64,000 nucleotides of DNA, from the NCBI RefSeq assembly GCF_009914755.1, contig NC_060933.1. One strand, 5' to 3'. The notes under the pieces are model-generated. The model did no database searches. It worked only from the letters and a program-made list of their open reading frames with translations, and had not been told where the DNA came from. The DNA is from the human T2T-CHM13v2.0 reference genome, Homo sapiens. Positions 58,164 through 64,000 of the stretch are shown piece by piece; position 1 is the first letter of the stretch, and each line of letters opens with the position of its first letter. A program made the translations under genes and the position numbers.

Positions 58164-60803
58164 TATATAAGTCCACTTTCATACTGCTGATAAAGACATA
58201 CCTGAGACTGGGCAATGTACAGAAGGAAGAGGTTTATTGGATTTACAGTTGCACGTGGCTGGGAAGGCCTCACAATCATGGTGGAAGGCAAGGAGGTGCA
58301 AGTCATGTCCTACATGGATGGCAGTAGGCAAAGAGGGAACTTGTGCAGGGAAAGTCCTGTTTTTAAAAACCATCAGATCTCATGAGACCCATTCATTATC
58401 ACAAGAACAGCACAGGAAAGACCCACCCCCATGATTCAATTACCTCCCACCAGGTCCCTCCCATAACTTGTGGGAATTATGGGAACTACAGTCTGAGATT
58501 TGGGTGGAAACACAGAACCAAACTATATCATTCCGCCCCTGGCCCCTCCCAAATCTCTTATCTTCACATTTCAAAACTGATCATGCCCTCCCAACAATCC
58601 CCCAAAGGCTCAACTCATTTCAACATTAACTCAAAAGTCCAGAGTCTAACGTCTCATCTGAGACAAGGCAAGTCCCTTCCACCCATGAGCCTGTAAAATC
58701 AAAAGCAAGCTAGTTACTTCCTAGATACAATGGGGGTACAGGCAATGGGTAAATACAACTATTCCCAATGGGAAAAAATGGCCAAAACAAACAAACAGGC
58801 CCCATGCAAGTCCAAAATCCAGCAAGGCAGTCAAATCTTAAAGCTCTGAAATGATCTCCTTTGACTCCATGTCTTATATCTGAGTAATGCTGATGCAAGA
58901 GGTGGGTTCCCATGATGCTGGGCAGCTCTGCCCCTGTGGCTCTGCAGGGTACAGCCTCCCTCTTAACTGCTTTCATGGGCTGGTGTTGAGTGTCTACAGC
59001 TTTTCTGGGTGAACTGTGCAAGCTGTCAGTGGATCTACCATTCTGGGGTCTGGAGGATGGTGGCCCTCTTCTCACAGCTCCACTAGGCAGTGTCCCAGTA
59101 GGGACTCCATGTGGGGGCTCCAACCCCACATTTCCCTTTCATACTTCCCTTGCAGAGGTTCTTCATGAGCGCCCCACTTTTGCAGCAAACTTCTGCCTGG
59201 ACATCCAGGCATTTTCATACATCCTCTGAAATTTAGGGAGAGATTCCCAAACTCCAATATTTGATTTCTGTGCACTGGCAGGCTCAATACCATGTGGAAG
59301 CTGCCAAGGCTTTGGGCTTGCACCCTCTGAAGCAACAGTCCAAGCTGTACCTTGGCCCCCTTTAGTCATAGCTGGAGTGGCTGGGACACCGGGCACCAAG
59401 TCCCTAGGCTGCACACAGCAGAGGGACCCTGGGCCCAGCCCATGCAACCATTTTTTTCCTCCTAAACCTCCAGGTCTGTGATGGGAGGGGTTGCCATGAA
59501 GACCTCTGACATGCTCTGGAGACATTTCCCCCATTGTCTTAGGGATTAACATGCAGCTCCTTATTATTTATGCAAATTTCTGCAACTGGCTTGAATTTCT
59601 CCCCAGAAAATGGGATTTTCTTTTCTTTTTTTTCTTTCTTTTTTTTTTTCGAGATGGAGTCTCACTCTGTCGCCCAGGCTGGATTGCAACAGCACAATCT
59701 CATCTCACTGCAAACTCCACCTCCCGGGTTCAAGTCATTCTCCTGCCTCAGCCTCCTGAGTAGCTGGGATTACAGGCACCTGCCACCATGCCTGGCTAGG
59801 TTTTTGTATTTTTAGTAGAGGCTGGGTCTCACTATGTTGGCCAGGCTGGTCTCAAACGCCTGACCTCGTGATCCACCTGCCTCGCCCTCCCAAAGTGCTG
59901 GGATTACAGGCGTGAGCCACTGCGCCTGGCCAGGATTTTCTTTTCTATCACATTATCAGGCTGCAAATTTTCCAAATTTTTATGCTCTGCTTCTCTTATA
60001 AAACTGAATGCCTTTAACAGCACTCAAGTAACCTCTTGAATGCTTTGCTGCTTGGAAATTTCTTCCATCAGATACCCTAAATCATCTCTCTCAAGTTCAA
60101 AGTTCCACAAATCTCTAGGGCAGGGGCAAAATGCCACCAGTCTCTTTGCTAAAACATAACAAGAGTCACCTTTGCTCCAGCTCCCAACAAGTTCCTCATC
60201 TCCATCTGAGGCCACCTCAGCCTAGACCTTATTGTTCATATCACTATCAGCATTTTTGTCAAAGCCATTCAACAAGTGTCTAGGGAGTTCCAAACTTTCC
60301 CACATTTTCCTGTCTTCTTCTGAGCCCTACAAACTGTTCCAACCTCTGCTTGTTACCTAGTTCCAAAGTCACTTCCACATTTTCGGGTATCTTTTCAGCA
60401 ACACCCCGCTCTACTGTTACCAATTTACTGTGTTAGTTTGTTTTCAGGCTGCTGACAAAGACATACCCAAGACTGGGCAATTTACAAAAGAAAGAGGTTT
60501 ATTGGACTTACAGTTCCATGTGGCTGGGGAGGCCTCACAATCATGGTGGAAGGCAAAAGTCAAGGAGGAGCAAGTCACATCTTATGTGGACGGCAGCAGG
60601 CAAAAAGAGAGAGCTTGTGCAGAGAAACTCCCGTCTTTAAATCCATCAGATCTTGTGAGACCCATTCACTATCATGAGAACAGCACAGGAAAGACCCGCC
60701 CCCATGATTCAGTTATCTCCCACTGGGTCCCTCCTACAACACGTGGGAATTATGGGAGCTACAAGATGAGATTTGGGTGGCGACACAGAGCCAAACTATA
60801 TCA
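58164..60803 (-). mobile_element. Full-length THE1 (THE1A-like) element: LTRs 58164-58530 and 60429-60803, internal region interrupted by an Alu
   Basis: Paired LTRs; internal region homologous to 34315-35873; near-TSD GGCAG/GGAAG. Confidence 0.93.
59627..59931 (-). mobile_element. AluS inside THE1-int
   Basis: TSD ggattttcttttct. Confidence 0.95.
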
Positions 60804-63130
60804 GGAAGTAAGACATATAATTTGGGGGGGCCTTCATTTAATTTATAATTTTCTTTTTTTTCAAGATGGGGTATCACTGTATTGCCCAGGCTAGTCTCGA
60901 ACTTCTGAACTAAAGTGATCCTCCTACCTTGGCCTCCCAAAGTGCTGGGATTACAGGAGTGAGCCACTGTGCTCAGCCTAATTGGTGGTGGGGAGGAGGA
61001 GGCTCTTTAAATGATAATAAAGAGCTGTCAGGTTGCTAATAATAATAAAGGGTAATAATAATAAAGATAATAATAATAGTAATAATAATAAAGAGGTAAT
61101 GATAAAGAGTGTCAGGTTGGTCTTTAACAGAACGACATAGTTCTTTCCAATTTTATTTGTCATGTCACCACTATTCCATCAGGGGGCAAACTTTTTACAT
61201 GAAGTTCCTTCATAAATAAGATTTCATGTCCTTTTTCATGGACTTCAATTTTTGTGTATTTATCACTGTCATAATTTGCTTAGGGTGGAGGAAGTAGAAA
61301 TTATGTAAAAGAAGGCTATTCCTTAAATCATAAAGGACAAGAAATCAGAGAACATGTTCCCCAACAGAATGAAAATAGGTAGTAATGAATGCTCAGCAGT
61401 AAGACACCATCCACAAAAGCTGTGTTCAGGCATGAAGGGGTAACGTGGAGATAAGGCAATGACTCAGAAAACCCAGAAAACAGAATGCCCTTTGAAAGCA
61501 TTTTTGGACCATTTATGTTCAAGTGAAGATTGCTTTGACTTAGACCAAATACAGTAATTGCTTGATTTTTTTTGCATTTAGATATCTTTCCATAGATAAA
61601 TAATGAGCAGTGTATTCATTATGACTACTTGTATACATCATGGTGGGGTAAGATTATTAGACAAGAATTTAAGGGACTCAACTTAGATTTTTCTCTTCCC
61701 TCTCCTTACTTATTAACTACTTCCCTTTGCCGGGTCTTATTTTTCTCAAGCACAAAATGGAGATTTTGTCATTTGCTGACCTCACTGGGTTGTTGAGCTA
61801 ATCAAGTGAAATAACACATATCAAAGAGGCTATTAAAAGAAGTAAGTTGCATACATGTAAGTTGTTTTTAAAACAAGAAACACTTGATGTCGCAACCATC
61901 CTCTTGCTGGTAGGAGACCATATTCTCAAAGGCCACAAGTAAGAGTGCATTGCATAGCCTTACATTTCTTGGAGGGATGCCAGCTGCACTCAACACTTTC
62001 ATGTAAAAAGCATTTATCACTGAGGCACAAGATCTCAGCTAACCAAAGACTTTTTCTCATTGGAATGGCAAGTGCAGGTCTTGTTAGTGAACCGTGTAAG
62101 AGTCAGAAACTAGTCCCCCAAAATTATAGCGGTATTTATATACACATTGTAATTCATGAGCACTTGTTCTGTGTCAGGCACTGGGTTTAGGCACAGGGAA
62201 TACTTCAGTGAACAAAATAGATGAAAATTAAATGTTTATGAGGTTTCTTATTTGCTCATTTAAAAGCCTTTAGTTTAGGGAAGTTTGCAGTTTCTCTATG
62301 TACATATTTACTTAGAAATGATGAGGACATTTCGAATCTTTAAATACAAATATTGATTTTAAAAAATTCATCTCACTCTTGGGCAAAGTTTCATGAAGAA
62401 ATCAGTTTCATCTGTGCTCAATGCTAGTTATTCAGCATCCATTACCGAGGGTCTAAAAAGGTGGATGTTAAATAGAGTAGCTTCTGGTTTAATCTACATC
62501 TTCACCATTTTCCAAGATTTTTTCTCTTTTTTTCTGAAAGTTCTTCTCTATCCCCTTCTTACAAGGACTTGAGAATAAATCACCTCGTAATAAGCATTTA
62601 ATAATAACTAACACCAGGTGCAGCGGCACATGCCTGTAATCCCAGCACTTTGGGAGGCTAAGACAGGAGGATTACTTGAAGCCAGGAGTTCGAGGCTGCA
62701 GTGGGCTATGACTGTGCAACTATACTCCAGCCTGTGCAACAGAGAGAAATTTTGTCTCAAAAAACAAACAAACAAACAATTTGCACAGTGCTTTTAATTC
62801 ACAAAATACTTTTTTCATTCATAATCTCACTTGAGATGTCCAACAATCTTGTTCCTAGACAATATTTCCATCTTGCAGTTGAAGAAACAAAGGTTCAGGG
62901 ATAGTAAGCAACCTACTCAAAGGTGCATAGCTAATGAGAGGCATTGCTCAAATTCAACATGCATTTTCTGTATCCAGATCTCAAGACCCTTTCCGAAGGC
63001 CACCTCTTTCCTGTTGCTTTAGAAAGTAAACACATCACCAGAGTCTTTGGTGTTCCAGCTTCTTTTTAGGCATGCCTAAGGTCAGATTGTCAAGAAATTT
63101 GTTATAGTTATTAAAAAGTTATGAGCAAGT

Positions 63131-63439
<309 letters not shown>

Positions 63440-64000
63440 GTTATGAGCAAGTTTTAAAATATTTCCTCCTTTAAGTTTGAGTGAGTTCCTCAATCTGAGA
63501 GTCTAAAGGTTAATGGAATCAATAATTAACACTGCTGGTATAAACTATGCCCCAGGTCTACTTCCTTATTTACCCTCCTCTCCAACCCATACTGCAAAAA
63601 TGCATCAGTGTAAGATTAGGAAAGGGAAGATTAGGAAAGGGAATTTCTTCCAAGTACTCTGTATGAAAGCTATGTTTAAGTGGAAGAACTTTTAAAACTG
63701 ACTCTGGTTTTTATTTTATTATTTAAAGTAAGAGATATTAATAGTCAGTGAGGCAACAGATAGAGGTCTAGGAGCGAGGAAGAGCACTGATCATCCATTA
63801 AAATCACATATCGAGCAAACTGTACTCCAAGGCTAGGAATGGCCAACTTTAGGAAAAGACTCAGAAAACTAGGAAAAAAACAAATAGGAAAACAACTGAG
63901 CTGGTTTAGAATGTGAGGCAGAGCTGGGCATTTACCGACCTTGGGGAGTGTGTCGTTGGGTAATTCACATTTTTGAAATTCTGAGTAACTGGCTGGGCGT

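Noticed and set aside
60520-60532. PRDM9-type hotspot motif in THE1 LTRs
   Set aside because: Reads CCTCCCCAGCCAC on the - strand, not the hotspot-associated CCTCCCTAGCCAC; the other three LTRs match less well.

Overview
Human (primate) genomic DNA. The first ~21 kb holds the 3' end of GDA (guanine deaminase/cypin) on the + strand: the last four canonical coding exons (9961-10107, 13957-14087, a 28-nt micro-exon 16215-16242, 17081-17151), a ~3.9 kb 3'UTR with two AATAAA signals, and an alternative terminal coding segment (19558-19612) reached through a splice donor that overlaps the stop codon. The remaining ~43 kb is repeat-dense and shows no protein-coding gene: about 30 Alus, two full-length THE1 elements, nested MER34-like LTRs, L1/L2/MIR/hAT fossils, a processed NME2 pseudogene, a tRNA-Gly 5'-half retrocopy and two divergent CTCF-like motifs. 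Almost all ORF-track entries are Alu, THE1 or low-complexity artefacts. I found no convincing new gene system. The best leads are (i) several ways of switching off the GDA C-terminal PDZ ligand, and (ii) a set of templated-insertion scars, notably a two-piece insertion in the NME2 pseudogene copied from two nearby sites, one of them inverted. Gene and repeat-subfamily names come from recalled sequences, not from a search.
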